Positions 38,458 through 56,019 of a stretch of 64,000 nucleotides of DNA are shown piece after piece (the first letter of the stretch is position 1; the number at the start of each line of letters is the position of its first letter). This stretch comes from Octopus vulgaris. Its lineage: Eukaryota. Position numbers and translations under genes: made by a program. The notes under the pieces were generated by a model. That model worked only from the letters and a program-made list of their open reading frames with translations. It was not told where the DNA came from and made no database searches. The DNA lies in contig OX597835.1 of assembly GCA_951406725.2 (NCBI GenBank), positions 5,394,001-5,458,000 of the forward strand, read 5' to 3'.

Positions 38458-38689
38458 TATTTCTTTACTACCCACAAGGGGCTAAACACAGAGGGGACAA
38501 ACAAGGACAGACAAACGGATCAAGTCGATTACATCGACCTCAGTGCGTAACTGGTACTTAATTTATCGACCCCGAAAAGATGAAAGGCAAAGTCGACCTC
38601 GGCGGAATTTGAATCAGAACGTAACGGCAGTCGAAATACGGCTACGCATTTCGCCCGGCGTGCTAACGATTCTGCCAGCTCGCCGCCGC
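38458..38689 (-). mobile_element. SINE family A, full length, inserted in (CAC)n
   Basis: Reverse complement of 6671-6901. Confidence 0.92.
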
Positions 38690-39055
38690 CACCACCACCA
38701 CCACCACCACCACCACCACATCATCATCATCATCACCATCATCACTACCGTCACTAGTTTGGCCTGTAAGCGGCACTCTGCATTCTGTGGGTAATTGTTC
38801 GACTTAGTAGAAATCATCTCTAAAATTTGGAAGGACTGACACGCTAGAAAACGTAGTCTTAGGTAAACTGTGCCGAAGAATAAAATTATAAGCGAAGTGC
38901 CTTAAACCATAGGTTTGTTTTAAACAACTGCAGCTACAACAGCATCATCAACAGCAAAAAACCTGTGTGTGGTCTCTGTTTACAGCTAGGTAGACTGGGC
39001 TCAAACGTTGTAACCAAGCTGGAATTAAAACTTAACGGCTCTCTTACTCGTTCCT

Positions 39056-39076
39056 TGCTGCTGCTGCTGCTGCTGC

Positions 39077-39119
<43 letters not shown>

Positions 39120-39188
39120 CTTCTTCTTCTTCTTCTTCTTCTTCTTCTTCTTCTTCTTCTTCTTCTTCTTCTTCTTCTTCTTCTTCTT
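39056..39188. repeat. Compound (CTG)n(TTG)n(TTC)n microsatellite
   Basis: Read directly. Confidence 0.96.
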
Positions 39189-39469
39189 GTTCCAGTCAGG
39201 ACCCACGCCATTAGCCACAAAGAATAATCCCTAATTCGAGCCTACTCTAAGCTACTAAGAGTGTCTGTGGCAACTTGAAGATCCACCCACCACAAGCGAT
39301 AGACTGACAGTTGCAAGCTATGTTGTTATCCTCATTCCGTAAACGATGGATTTTAACGGGTGGAGAGCTGAACCATCCTGGGGTACCGAGGATTCGCAAT
39401 CTAGACTACGGTCTGAAAGTTTACCACACCATAGTGGGTTACACCATGGTTCCTCTGCTTTGTGGCAGA

Positions 39470-39660
39470 AGTAGGAAGAAAGAGTGAGAGAAAGTTGTGG
39501 TGAAAGAGTACAGCGGGGTTCAAGCAAACCTCCCTGCCGGAGCCTCGTGCAGCTCAGGTGTTTCTATTCAATAAACACTCACAATGCCCGGTCTGTGAAT
39601 CGAAACCACGTTCTTACGACCGCGATTCCGCTCCCCTTACCACTGGGCCATTGCGCCTTC
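39470..39660 (-). mobile_element. SINE family C
   Basis: Minus strand ggcgcaatggcccagtggtaagg...ggtttcgattc head; body shared with 46165. Confidence 0.85.
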
Positions 39661-40058
39661 GCTGCTGCTGTTGTTGTTGTTGCTCTTGCAGCTCCTGCTG
39701 ATTATGATGATGTTGTTGTCCTTCTTTAATCTCAGGTCGAACCTGATTAAGCAGAAATATGATCAAAAGTATTCCAGCCGTGACCATCCCATTTTTATGG
39801 GAGATCCAGAACTGCAGTATCTAATACTTCTAAATCTTCATGCTCATTATCTCGCATTCAGCCTCGGGTTATAAATAGAGAACAAGTTTAGAGTGGATTG
39901 TAGGTATTTGGCATCTACTTCTAGCATATAGGTACCGACATCCCAGCGCCCTTAATTATGATTATATTTTTATAATTATGTATTTAAAAATTAATTTTAC
40001 TGATGTGGTCGTTTTTTTTATACACTAGCCACTAATATAATAATTTTAATGATTATAT

Positions 40059-40094
<36 letters not shown>

Positions 40095-40095
<1 letters not shown>

Positions 40096-40258
40096 TTTAT
40101 TTAAAGCAGCAGAAAATTCAACAAAATCTGTTACTCTGAGTTTCTCACAGTAACAGATTTTGTTGAATTTTCTGCTGCTTTAAATAAAGCATATTACTCT
40201 ACCACTGGTATTTGAGTACTCTTTTTTCCACCTTGTTTCACATTTATGTGTTTACTCC

Positions 40259-40260
<2 letters not shown>
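40095..40260. mobile_element. Second copy of the 24776 palindromic element, centre (HHR core) deleted
   Basis: 41-bp inverted arms, near-identical tail catattactctaccactggtatttgagtac...actccgg, flanked by (TA)n. Confidence 0.88.
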
Positions 40261-40307
<47 letters not shown>

Positions 40308-41319
40308 TCACGGATGCGTGTGCGAGTATGTATATGGAATAAGACTACCAAAAGATTTATATATATATAAATGTATATATATATATATATATATATGCAT
40401 AATACAGCGTATATACATACATACGTACGTACATTCATACATACATGCATACATACATACATAGATACATACATACATACATACATACATAGATACGTCC
40501 GTACATTCATACATACATACATACATATATACATACGTGCGTACATATATTTTAAAAGCAGTCTGATATTAGATACATTTAATATAAATTTGTTTCTTGA
40601 CCTTTGCACAAAATCCCCTCCTCTTCTATCTACAGAAATTGTAATATACCACCTACGTATCTTTAAACGCCATTGTGTTTTGCAGAAAGTAATAGTATGA
40701 ATTTATGTAAATTATACGTTGTCGGAGAGGACAATTCATTATAAGTTGTATGAACGCGGGTAATATCTCATCAAATACGTTATTAAGAAAACATGATGTC
40801 ACACTTAGAGATAGGGCATGAAAATGAATGCGTTGGCATAATCGAAAATATAAATTATTATCGTTTAATGTTGAAGTCTATTAAAATAAAATAGAGAAAA
40901 TACAGTTAAAATATTGATTTATTTAGACTGGAAAAGTTGTTAAATATTTAAAGTCGTAAATTGTTGAATTTGAACAAGTTAAAGAATAAGTTATGATACA
41001 GTTAACTAAAATAGATAAATAAAACTTAATAAATTGATGGATTTGAAAGGAAAAGGAAAATTGCGTGGTTCAATAGTTGAATATAATTAATAGTGGACAC
41101 GTTAATTGAGTTTAAGATTGAACAATGAAATAAATACATTTGCCAAGACATACGTTTTAATGATAAAGTATTGATAAGATAATAGCGACGTTTTAACACA
41201 CAGCAAATTGTGCTCGAGTATACCACGCAATTTGCACCAGCTAATTCATTTGCATACATATTAATGATTTCACGCAACTCTGTACAAGAGAATGCTACTT
41301 AAAATTATATATGTATATA

Positions 41320-41760
41320 CATACATATATATACAAACACACACATACATAAAAATACATACATAACACTTATATACATACAGACATATACATATATGTA
41401 CATACATACATGTATATACATACATACATATACATAAATACATACATAACACTTATATACATACAGACATATACATATATGTACATACATACATATATAT
41501 ACATACATACATACATATACATAAATACATACATAACACTTATATACATACAGACATATACATATATGTACATACATACATATATATACAAACACACACA
41601 TACATAAATACATACATAACACTTATATACATACAGACATATACATATATGTACATACATACATATATATACAAACACACACATACATAAATACATACAT
41701 AACACTTATATACATACAGACATATACATATATGTACATACATTCATATATACGCATACA
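41320..41760. repeat. ~83-87-bp minisatellite (~5 copies) built from TA/CA repeats
   Basis: acataacacttatatacatacagacatatacatatatgtacatacatac repeated at ~41361, 41444, 41531, 41614, 41697. Confidence 0.9.
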
Positions 41761-44304
41761 TACATATACATATATATACATATATGCATATACATACACA
41801 CACACATATAGAGAGGTTATGAGAGGTAATGGTGTCAAGTAAGACCTAAAGGTGTCAGGTAATGCTGAGTAAGTGCTATGGACAGACCATAGTTAAGCTC
41901 CAGATTCGGTGATTATGCGAATGAGGAGTCCAACGTAGGCCATATATCAGCATGTGTATATACAAGAAATTTCTTTTCAGAATGAGACAAAAAACCCAAG
42001 GCTGTGAAGATTTTAGAACATTTATAAATAGAAGGTCTTACAGCTGTTTCCGGAATATTTATTATAGGATATTATATTCCGGGATATTTACAGGTTACAC
42101 ATACCGTAACGAACATAAATATACCAGCAAAGCAATTGCAAAATTTCTCGCCTGAATATTAATCTTAATCTGAAGAGATTTAAAAATCAAACATCGTGCT
42201 TTACACTGCTTTTTCTGAATTTTCTTAAAACGATTCCTTTCAAAGACAAGAGGTTGGTGATACATCGACAGCAAAGATAACTCGACTGTTCTTGTGAAAG
42301 CCTGAAAGCTGAGGTAGACAGTTCAAAAGATATGGTCACACTAGTAGTATTCAGAAATATCCTGCCAAACACAACGGATCAACAAACATACAACTTCTTT
42401 CAAACGTAACGAAATGATAAGCAGACGTGATATTATCTGGATGGTTGCTGTCAGAATATTTCGAATAATATTTTGGGGAGGAATTTGAAACATTTTGATA
42501 AAGTGTGAACAAATTTGAAAGTCAAAGAATTTGTTTAATAAAAACAATTTTATCGATTTGTTTCATTTTTCAATCAAACGTCCCCTTTCAAAGGATCTTT
42601 TTCCTGTCTTTTTCAGAACTTTTGAACTGTCTCACTTTGATCTCCAGGTTTTAACGGAAATAGTCGAGATGTCTTTCCGTCCCTTCACATCACTGTTTTT
42701 GTCTTTGTACCACTAACCTCATCTTATTAAAAGAAAATCTTTTAATCGATAATCGTGAAAAAAAAGGGGAGAACTATATTTTTATTTATTGCATTCCTTG
42801 GCTTTCAAATCTTCAAATTTCACTCAAAATGTAGTATTAGAAATATTAACCGTAGCAATCTTTATATTTGGATTACTAAATAATTCGCTCTATCGCGACT
42901 CCAGAGTTCTCCTCCCCCACGTGCAAACTTTTAGGCAACTTTGCGCTAAAAGTCCGCACGGGAAGCAAAACTAAACTGAACTACCGTTTACATCATCAGT
43001 TTCAAATCAAGCCGTCAGTGTTTGTACACCAAATGGAAATTTTCCCGTTGTGTAACCCTCATTGGGAACTTTGTGTTTACGTTTGTAGATGTTTGTGTAT
43101 CTTACGTTGGTGTGTGTTCGGGAACATCATAACAAAACAAGCTAGCTCAATTGGCATTTTAAACCTGTGATAAAATAAGCGAGATACTTCAAGTGAGGGC
43201 AAGCACGCCCGCACACACACACACATACACGCATACACACATTCACATACACGCATACACACATTCACATACACGCACACACATGCATATATATCGGCGC
43301 ACACAAATAGAAACACTTACGCGGGCGTACGCGTGAGCTCTTAGTTTAGATATCTGTCTATCTATCTATCTATCTACATAACTACCTATCTACCTATCTA
43401 TCTGTCTGTCTGTCTTCATTTTGTACTCCATAAATATAAAATAGTTACTACAACTTTTATAATAAACAGTGTCTTTGGTTGGTTGGTTCTTCGGTTCAGC
43501 CTTCATATCAACGGGTTAAGAAAAGTTCCAAATCACTCTCATTATAACTGTATTTTCGTGTGTGTTTTTCTTTGAGGTCTTATATCCATCTGCCTCGTTC
43601 AATTCCTAACTCCCTTTTTCACCTCGTTTTATAGGTGTCCAACTTTTCATATCATCCCTCTCGTTCGAACTCGTCTCTAACCACCAAATCAATCACAGAG
43701 CGTCAGTGAATATTCCCACATTTCGTCTCTCTCAAAAAAACAAAAAAAAAAAAAAAACGGACCAAAGCGGAGGATTCTTCACAAAGAATAAACTTTATTA
43801 ATATTCAGAACTTCATAATGGCTTTTCCGACGCAGACCACCGCCGGTTAATCTGATTCCCAAAGTTTAATCTATTTTAATAGTATATTATTACTTTCTAA
43901 ACTGCTCAGTTAGCATTAATAATTTTAATATTCTATTATTACAATAATCTGACAATAAACCATCGATAAACTATGATTGATTGTTTATCCAATACTACAG
44001 GTCAACAATCAATTTTTATCAGAGATAATTTGAGGCGTATTTAAAATATTTTCTGCTATGATTTTGAAACTATCTTTGGCTTTTCTCCAGCAAATATATA
44101 TATTTTTTAGATATGACCAATTGTCTATTCTGCTTTTTTCTCAATTGGTTCGCTACCTGCTTTATAATTTAAAATTCAAATTTTCTCTTTAAATTTACTA
44201 ATCAATGCATAGATATGATGATTCTTCCACTATATTGTTTTTACTAACATATTTTTTTATTTCCAGATTATATCTTATCCAAGCTAATATTTCAATTTTT
44301 CAAA

Positions 44305-46095
44305 GAAAACCACCAAGACAATTTTGGCTATGTTTGTGACAGCCCCACAAGAATATTCAACAATGTCATTTTACAACAGATCTTAAAAAGAAAACTACAT
44401 CCCAACCGTCAGTTGGGGTACCAAGACATACCATAGGTACTTCAACAAATTTGTGTAGCATTTTAAAGTGGTTTTTGCGACGAGTTGAAGGAGAAGAACC
44501 CCTCAAAGCCTTTTCAAGTGCCAATGATTTGGAGAAAGACCACCTAATAGGCTGTTATTTTCGTAATGTTAGTATTAAAGGGTTCTCTAAAACAACACAC
44601 ACGCAGAATAATTTTTTCTAACTTATTTTCTACGTTTAATACTGATCCCTGCGACGAAACACTAACTATTGCTACTCCACCACCACAAGCTGGGATGAAT
44701 TCTATTGAAGATGAAGTAGATATTTATGAAAATGTTATTGCAGATGACGCTTCTGGATTTCCATTAAGTTCCGGATACGAACCAGAAGAACAATTGTTTT
44801 CAAACAAGAGAGTTTGATCGATCTTGTGAGCGATTTAGAAATATCAAAAGATAGGACCGAGTTTTCGTGCCTCTCCTTTCAAAGAAAGTCACTTGATGAA
44901 AATATAACAGTGAGTGACTCTATGAAGCGAAAGTTTGATTTAGCACTATATTGTAAAATAGATGTCGCCCACCATTCGCTCTTATTGTCATGACATTAAT
45001 GGGTTTTTACTAGTTTTTCTGAAAGGTATGCTGGTAGTGAATGACAACTGGTTATAGATTCATTATTACGAAGTTTGAAAGGCATTTTACTGCATAATGG
45101 AAATTTAAAGTCGTTTATTCCCAATGCTCATGTGATGTATTTAACAAAATCTTACTTTAGTGTGGGTATTCTTTTTAACGCAATTCGATACAACGATTAG
45201 CAATGGAACCTTTTGGGGGAAATCTTAAAGTAATTGTTATCCTAATGGGCATGCGTAGGGAATTCACTACGCAGTAGCTTTCTATGTTTGCAGGACAGTC
45301 ACGTTATTACAGAGCATCACAATAAAAGGGAACTGTCAGCGAGGTCTTCAAATATTCCTATAAGTAATACCATTCAATCAGTTCGTTTTATTGGTTTCAT
45401 GAAAATATTTTTACCATTCTCGGCACATAAAACTTAGTTTAAAGAAGATATTGTTTAAGGCCGAATTCAAGAGGGTTTCATTTTCTTTTTTAGGTACATT
45501 ACCAAAATTATGTGTAGCCAAAATAATAAAAGAGAACTGTCAGCTAGGTCTTCATAGATTCCTGTAAGTAATACCATTCAATCAGTTCCTTTTATTGGTT
45601 TCAAGAAAATATTTTTACCATTCTCGGCACATCAAACTTAGTTTAAGGAAGATATTTGTTAAGGCTGAATTCAAGAGGGTTTCATTTTCCTTTTTAGCTA
45701 CATTACCAAAATTATGTGCAGCCAAAATTGAAGAAGGTTATTTTATAGGCTTTCAAATCTGAGTGGTGTTAAAAGATAAACCTCTTGAAGCAATACTCAC
45801 AGTATCTGAACTAAAAGCTTGGAATAACTTCAAATGGATGTGCTGGATTCTTAAAAAAGTATAAACTCCTTCTTTGTAGATGGCATAAAAAAACTGATTG
45901 AGTAATTCAGAAGATATAGGTTGTCATGTGTCTCTTAAATTGCATTTCTAACGTTCACATCTAGGTTTCTTTTCTGAAAACTTTTGTGGCCTTCGTGATA
46001 AAAAAAAAAGGAGTGTTCATCAAGTTATTAACTATATGGAAACTTGATACCAAGGTTTCGGGAATAAAACATGATGGCAGATTATTGGTGGGTGA
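44305..46095 (+). mobile_element. Chapaev3-like (CMC superfamily) transposase pseudogene
   Basis: Degenerate motifs in order: PMIWR..CYF, SLKGILLHNGN, HIKL (twice), MSLKLHF..HL, MMADYW; many stops and frameshifts. Confidence 0.78.
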
Positions 46096-46164
46096 GAAGC
46101 AGTGAAGCTGCAGGTCACATTTATTGGGAAAAAATCAAATTCGTCTTTCTTCTGTTTGCGTGTA

Positions 46165-46380
46165 TATAGCGTTACTCAAGAAACAGGAAGAGAGAGTGAG
46201 AGAAGGTTGGGGCGAAAGAGTACAACAGGGGTCGCCACGCCACTCCATCCCTGCCGGAGTGTCTTGGAACTTTAGGTGTTTTCGCTCAATAAACACACAC
46301 ATGCCCGGTCTGGGAATCGAAACCGCAATCCTCCAACCGCGAGTCTGCTGTCCTAGCCACTGGGCCATTGCGCCTCCACT
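46165..46380 (-). mobile_element. SINE family C
   Basis: Minus strand gtggaggcgcaatggcccagtggctagg...ggtttcgattcccagaccggg. Confidence 0.88.
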
Positions 46381-47295
46381 GATGTAAATATACTTAATGA
46401 ATAAAAATAAAAGTCTTATTGCAACTTTTATAGAATTAATTTTAAAAAGATAATGAAGTAACTAGCAAATGAAAAAAGAAAAATCTTGAGAATATTCATA
46501 GAAAAACAAGTAAACTGCTGAGAGTCTACAGAGGTTTACATTCACTGGGTAGTGTTGGCTGATTGTGGTTCAAAAGAGAGGACGGAGGAGGACGACTGAC
46601 AGATGCAGAAGACTGTGATCGGAGAAACAGACGAGTGTCAAATATGAAAGACAAAAGAAAAGTCTGAATTAAGAATGCAATCAATTTAGGGAAATGCTTA
46701 CATTGGCAATATTTTGCGGCCTCCATTGTAGAGCATATTACTGAAACAACAAGAAATATTTTTAGCAAAATTATCGAAAACAAATAAAAAAAAAACGTAT
46801 TAATATTATTGATGAAGCTTCATTAATTTCAAGGAAGCCTGTGTTTGTAATTTTTCTGAAATATTAATTAGATGATTGTTCACCAACAATATTTTTGTAT
46901 TTGACAGAATTAGAAGCATCAACAGAAGAAAATATAATTTGTTAGAACGAACCTTTAATGAGGCATGGTATGACATGCCATATTTTAAGAAAAATTGGAT
47001 CGCATTTTTGTTCTGAAGGGAAGCAAGTACCATGTTTGTTCAAAAATCTGTAGTTACAACAAGATAAATTCAAGAATATTCAGATCTTATCATTTGGAAA
47101 TTTTTGAACCATCGATTACAATTTATTTCAGATGAGGCTTTTAAACGAAATCAATGGTTGCTCAAGATTTAAGCCAATTTTCACTGGACATAAATCACAG
47201 CGTTTTCAAGTAAAATGATTTTCATTGATATCCTTTCACTTTAAAGTAGTCTTTTCAATTTAATATTACTATGTCATTGTTTCGATATTCACATA

Positions 47296-47831
47296 TTGGG
47301 TTGTCCGGAAAGTTCGTGCCGATTTTTAAAGGAAAGAAAAAGGTCAATAAATACTTGCCATTACATTTTAATCAACCAAATATGAACCATTTTGTTGGTC
47401 TTTCCTTTAACTTGTAAATACCCTCTTCCAGAATTGAGGTGGTTTCATCAAGGTATCTTTTTACGTCATCCAAGGAATTGAAATTTTTACCATTAAGACT
47501 ATTCTGCAGAGACCTGAATAAGTGGAAATCCGAAGGAGCAATATCTGGTGCATATGGAGGGTGGAATAACACATCCCAGCCGAGCTGCAGCAATTTTTGT
47601 CTAGTTCCCAAAGCATCAAGTGCCGAAAATGAACTTTCTTATCTTCCATTTTAAAGGGTTACAGAATTAACACAGGTTATAGGAACATAAACCTTCTTCC
47701 ACAAAAAGATAGCTTAAACTGTGCTCTTAATAGAGGTGTGGTCAAGTCCTATTTTACGGACTGAACCCTGTTCTAAAATAAGTCGAAAGGTAAGCTACTA
47801 TAAATCGGCACGAACTTTCCGGACAACCCAA
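47296..47831 (-). mobile_element. Internally deleted mariner element (536 bp)
   Basis: Perfect ~30-bp TIRs ttgggttgtccggaaagttcgtgccgattt / aaatcggcacgaactttccggacaacccaa, TA at both ends; MEDKKVHFRHLML fused to HPPYAPDIAPSDFHLFRSLQNSL. Confidence 0.95.
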
Positions 47832-47855
47832 TAGAATAGCGTCTGAAAATGTAAA

Positions 47856-47909
<54 letters not shown>

Positions 47910-48851
47910 AACCCAAACAAGGAAATTTCTAAATATAACTGCAAAAAATTTACACTAGTTCACTGGCAATTCTTGTCAATTATGACCGTTTTTAACAAAG
48001 GAAGAAATAAAAATATAATTATCAACAGAAATGTAATGTTAATTCGCTCATTTATGATTCAGAATTAGATTCAGTCGAGCGTAATCCAAATATTTGTCTG
48101 TTTTGTTAGAATAAAACTAATGATTGGAGCATGAAACAGCCATGTGTGTGCTTTAATGTTGCGTAGATGAAGTATTGTTTTATCGTTTTGTCGTTGGCTC
48201 CTCTGTTATATCAAGACTATTTCATTTAGTAGTGAACTGGGTCTCAAGAATAAACACAAATTGTGTTTGTTGTTTGAGCCAGTACAACACCATCGGTCAC
48301 GTTGTTGGTTGATGGAACATAACGTAAGAATAGAGGTGTGTAGATTCCATTTTAACTCAATGTAACAGCAGCCACGCTGGAGCAACGCCTTCATAGAAGT
48401 TTAATTAATGACAGCGATTCCAATTCTGATTAGCTAACTTACCTGTTTGATATCAAACAATCTAATACCGGTTGAACAATGCTGAGTTGATGCAAATAAT
48501 AAGATTGATTGTATATCTAATAAACTATTAATAAAAATAATAGTCTATGTAATCTCAAAACAACTTAGATTTGTAAACATTGCTAAAAGTACTTTTAAAT
48601 GTCCATAATATCATACACCTTTTACGGTCATCTTAGCACCACACTATCACCTTATAATCGAATTACTTTTAAAAACAAACTTCTACTTTTCTTATGTTTT
48701 GACAGACATATTCTGGAACAATATTCAGTGCAAAACCAAAATTATGGCACTCTAGTCATAAAACCAATTTGGACTTCTAACATGTCTCTTGAGGTTCCTG
48801 GATGAGACTTGGAGTCAAATTGTACAAATACAAAGCGAAAGCCAAGCATAT

Positions 48852-48861
48852 AATGATGATG

Positions 48862-48950
<89 letters not shown>

Positions 48951-48954
48951 GATG

Positions 48955-48986
<32 letters not shown>

Positions 48987-48992
48987 GATGAT
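48852..48992. repeat. (TAA)n/(GAT)n tract
   Basis: Read directly. Confidence 0.95.
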
Positions 48993-49084
48993 CATACCTA
49001 ATGCACACAGAGTAGTGAAGTGAAAGTACGTGATAAAAACAAGACTACTGAATGATAATAATAATAGTAATAATGTTTACAAAT

Positions 49085-49255
49085 TTTCGGTCAAGGCCAG
49101 CAATTTTGAGGCAGTGGGTAAATCGATTGCATTGCTCCTAGAGTTCAGCTGGTTGATACTCATTATACCGACCCCGAAGGAATGAAACACAAACTAACCC
49201 TGGCGGCATTTGAGCTCAGAACGGCTCGGTAACGATTTTGCCAACTCACCGCCTT
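49085..49255 (-). mobile_element. Diverged SINE family A-related copy
   Basis: cgaccccgaaggaatgaaa...ggcggcatttgagctcagaacg...gccaactcaccgcc. Confidence 0.7.
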
Positions 49256-49882
49256 TGAAGCATGTGATCCAGCTGATTTTGATGAGTGCTCAGAGTTCCC
49301 TGAGCAAGATGCTACTTTTCCCCACCCCAGGCTGCTTCGAGGACAAACGTCCAAGCTTTCGAGTGATTCAAAATGATCGGAGTACCATCAAAAGTTAGGT
49401 TTGTTATCCACTCCCTACTCAATCAGATGTAACATGACAGGTGGAGATTACTTTTGGTAATAAGCGTAGTCATTACAAGAAGGCTGTGCAGAATGAATGA
49501 AATATAGAATATTACAGAAATGAACGGCAAGGGAATTACAATGAGTTGGAAATTGAATTAAAAACGTTATTGCGGTTAAAATACACAAACAAACGCGGTT
49601 GCAAACACATAAACGCACACACTATTACAAAAGCATACAGGCAAACACAGTTACAGACATACACCACACTGTTATAAACAGACACAGAATGACAAACACA
49701 CAAACATATACACACATACACACTGACATAAAACGAGATAAAAACACAAACCTATTATTACATGGTTACATGTTGTAGGATAATAGGCAATTGCCTATAT
49801 TGATAATGACAATTCGGTATGGAAGGAAAACATCAACAAAGACAGAAAACTGAGTAATGATAACACAATAGGGAACTACAGT

Positions 49883-52345
<2,463 letters not shown>

Positions 52346-52753
52346 CATAGAAAGAAAGTAATAACAATAATAATGCTTGGATGGAATTTATAAACATTTT
52401 GATTCATCGCTACGCGCATTTCAACAAAGTACACGTTTCTAAAGATCATAGTCCACATTCTTTGGAGGACTACAGTCCGTAGTATCGATGGACATCGGTT
52501 AGTTAATGTTCATACATTCATTTCTGCGGGCGAAATAACATTAATGGATGTTTAACTGAGGCTTGACCAAGGAGACCAATTTTGACCAAGGAGAAGATTG
52601 ACTTGGGATGTGGCCGTTTCAGTGTGTATTTGATGGGTAGGGGTGGAAGGTGATGGAAAGAAAGGAAGGAAGGAAGGAATGGTAGTTATAAGGAGATGGA
52701 GGTGTGTGTGTAGTGATGTTGGACTTATTTTGCTATTTGAGTCTGCAGATATC

Positions 52754-52973
52754 TGGCGGTGAGCTGGCAGAAACGTTAGAACGCCGGGCGAAATGCGTAG
52801 CCGTATTTCGTCTGCCGTTACGTTCCGAGTTCAAATTCCGCCGAGGTCGACTTTGCCTTTCATCCTTTCGGGGTCGATAAATCAAGTACCAGTTACGCAC
52901 TGGGGTCGATGTAATCGACTTAATCCGTCTGTTTGTCCCCTCTATGTTTAGCCCCTTGTGGGTAATAAAGAAA
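52754..52973 (+). mobile_element. SINE family A, full length, 8-bp TSD
   Basis: TSD cagatatc at 52746-52753 and 52974-52981. Confidence 0.92.
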
Positions 52974-53599
52974 CAGATATCAGGATGGGTAGTATGCTTC
53001 TTTTGTTTGATCTTATTTACAGCAGGCCCCACCTCGGGTCAGCAAGTACAGCCACTGCAGCCACCCAATTGTTGTTCCTTGTCCGAGTTGACAAATGATG
53101 TATTCTTAAAGTGACCTTGAAATTATGAAAATTGTGGATACTAGTGATTGTCGTAACGGACAGCGTGCCAGTTTTTATGTCTGTATGTCCGTGTATAAAG
53201 ATATGATCAAGACAATACGCATACACCCACGTATATGTACATAATTATACATATATATATATAAATATAAATATAAATAGATATATAAATGTATATAAAT
53301 CTATACATATAAATATATTTATATAAATATATTAATATATATATAATATATATATGTATATATATATATCTATATATATATAATATATATATATATACAT
53401 ATATAAATATATACATATAAATATATATATATCTTTATATATAAATAAATATATAAATATATATACTTAAATTTTATATAAATATACATATATATATACA
53501 TATATACATGTATATAATATATATATTATATATATATATAAATATATATATATAAATGTATATATATATTTATATATATAATCATATATATATATATGA

Positions 53600-53646
<47 letters not shown>

Positions 53647-54909
53647 AATATATATATAAATATATACAAGGACGCATATAAAGCTCTCTAGAAATATATA
53701 TATATATGTGTGTGTATGTATATATTTGTATGTTTCTGTATGCATTTATACATGTATAAGTTTCAGAAGATATTAGAATAGTGGAATAAAAGTCAGTCAT
53801 AAGAGGGCCTTTAAAAATCTATTTCCTTAATTTTTTTTAACTACTGTTTCTAGTACACACATTTACGCAATTTTGATTTTGACGTATTTAAAAATGATTT
53901 GGAACTTATAAGGAGAAACGAATGGTAGATTCGCACTGTCCGTATTTTAAAACCACGAATTAAATCAAAATTGTGTGTCAAATTTTTCTCCAGAAGTTCA
54001 TGGCTTCATAGGAATAAGAGTGAAAAACTATATCAAGATAACCGATCGAGATCACGCTCACTCATATGATGAAAGATAGAAGTCTGAAACGTTAGTTTAT
54101 TCAATTTCCCACTATTACCGAACTTGATGGGCCTCTTTTACGAACAATCCTGTACATATTTATTCACCTTCGACTGTAAAAAAAAAAACGAAATGCGGCA
54201 CTATATTTTGGAAGAAATATCATTTTTAGAATTACAGGTTTACATGGTGGCTTCTGACTTATTTCTTAAAGTATAGCATTGGACGACAAAATGGACGGCT
54301 TTAATGAATGGTTAATAAGTCTAGCAAAATAGAATATTATTTTGTGTTTTGCGCAGACAAAAGAAGAATTTTACTCCTTTCGTCATATATGGATGTATGC
54401 ATGTATGTATATATGTATATATAAATACACACACACACACATATACACATAAATACAAACATACATACATACATACATATATATATATATTTAAATAAAT
54501 ATATATATATATATTCATATATATATATATATGTGTGTGAGTGTGTGTGTATGCACAGTCACACATAAATATGCGCGTGCGTAGTTGAATATATGTGTAC
54601 ATATATATGTAGATATCTGTATGTAAATACGCTTGAGTGTATACATTAAATAAGTATATATTCAATTATAACTTAAGGTATAAGATTGTTTCCTTAGTAT
54701 TTGTCTGCGTTTTTGTGATGTTGAAGGAGACAATATCGACATCTTAAACATACATACATCTATGCTCACACTCACGCTTATATTGCCCATTATGAAATAC
54801 AGCCACACTTGTGAATATATAAAGTATATGTGCACACGCACACACACATAAAGTCACAAAAACTCATACACACGCATATATACAAACACACACACACATA
54901 TGTATGTAT

Positions 54910-54970
<61 letters not shown>

Positions 54971-55130
54971 AATTCATATTTACATTAATGAACACATATA
55001 TATATATACATATAAATATATTTGAACATATATATAAATATACAACATATGTATAAGTATGTATGTATGTGTGTGCATGAGTCTCTGTGACTTTGAATAT
55101 TTATATATATATATATATATACATACGCAT

Positions 55131-55189
<59 letters not shown>

Positions 55190-55346
55190 ACCACACACAA
55201 ACACTCATAGACACATTTGCATACTACCAACAAGGATATAGAATGTAAATATATTACACTTAATGGTATATAAAAGATATACCAAATTTTCCCTCTGTTC
55301 CTAGATATGAAAATAAGATACATACATACACACGCACACACACACG

Positions 55347-55390
<44 letters not shown>

Positions 55391-55970
55391 CACACATACA
55401 CACAAAGACACATACACACAAACACACGCACATAAACATACACATACGCAGAGAAAAAAAAAACTAAACTAAAGTCTCGCACGTAACTTCTTTGGCTAAA
55501 CTATCATTACCAACAACCGCCACTCTTATCCGTTAATTTATTTCGCCAACGCACAAAATATAGCCAGATATTTCGAAATGATAATACCACCCGTTAATTT
55601 CCTATTTTCGTTCAACGTTTCACCAACAACTTTTCATTCTGTTTTTGGCAATGCTGAAATACTTCCAGAACTCAAAGACATGGTAGTTACACTGTTATAC
55701 ATTATAGTTATTATATATCTGATATTAATTCTTTATTTCTTGTTATATTTTTTCTTTTACATCTTTTAACAAATATTGACTTTTCCTTTGGTTTCTTTAG
55801 AAAAAAAATACTTCCATTTTTTTAACATTAGAAAGTATTCAAACTTCAAATATAGTAACTATAGATATGATTACTAGCTAGCATTCTTGATGATGATAAT
55901 GATGATGATGATGATGATGATGATAACGATGATGATGATGATGACGATGATGATGATGATGATGATGATA

Positions 55971-56005
<35 letters not shown>

Positions 56006-56019
56006 AAAATATTCATAGA

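Noticed and set aside
42030-42090. Minus-strand stem + GAAAC-AGCT-GTA
   Set aside because: The CUGANGA half is absent; at most a truncated HHR remnant, so not called as a feature.
54060-54097. ATGATGA-a-AGA...TCT-GAAAC-GTT minimal HHR-like string
   Set aside because: C3 missing, weak stems, no repeat context seen.
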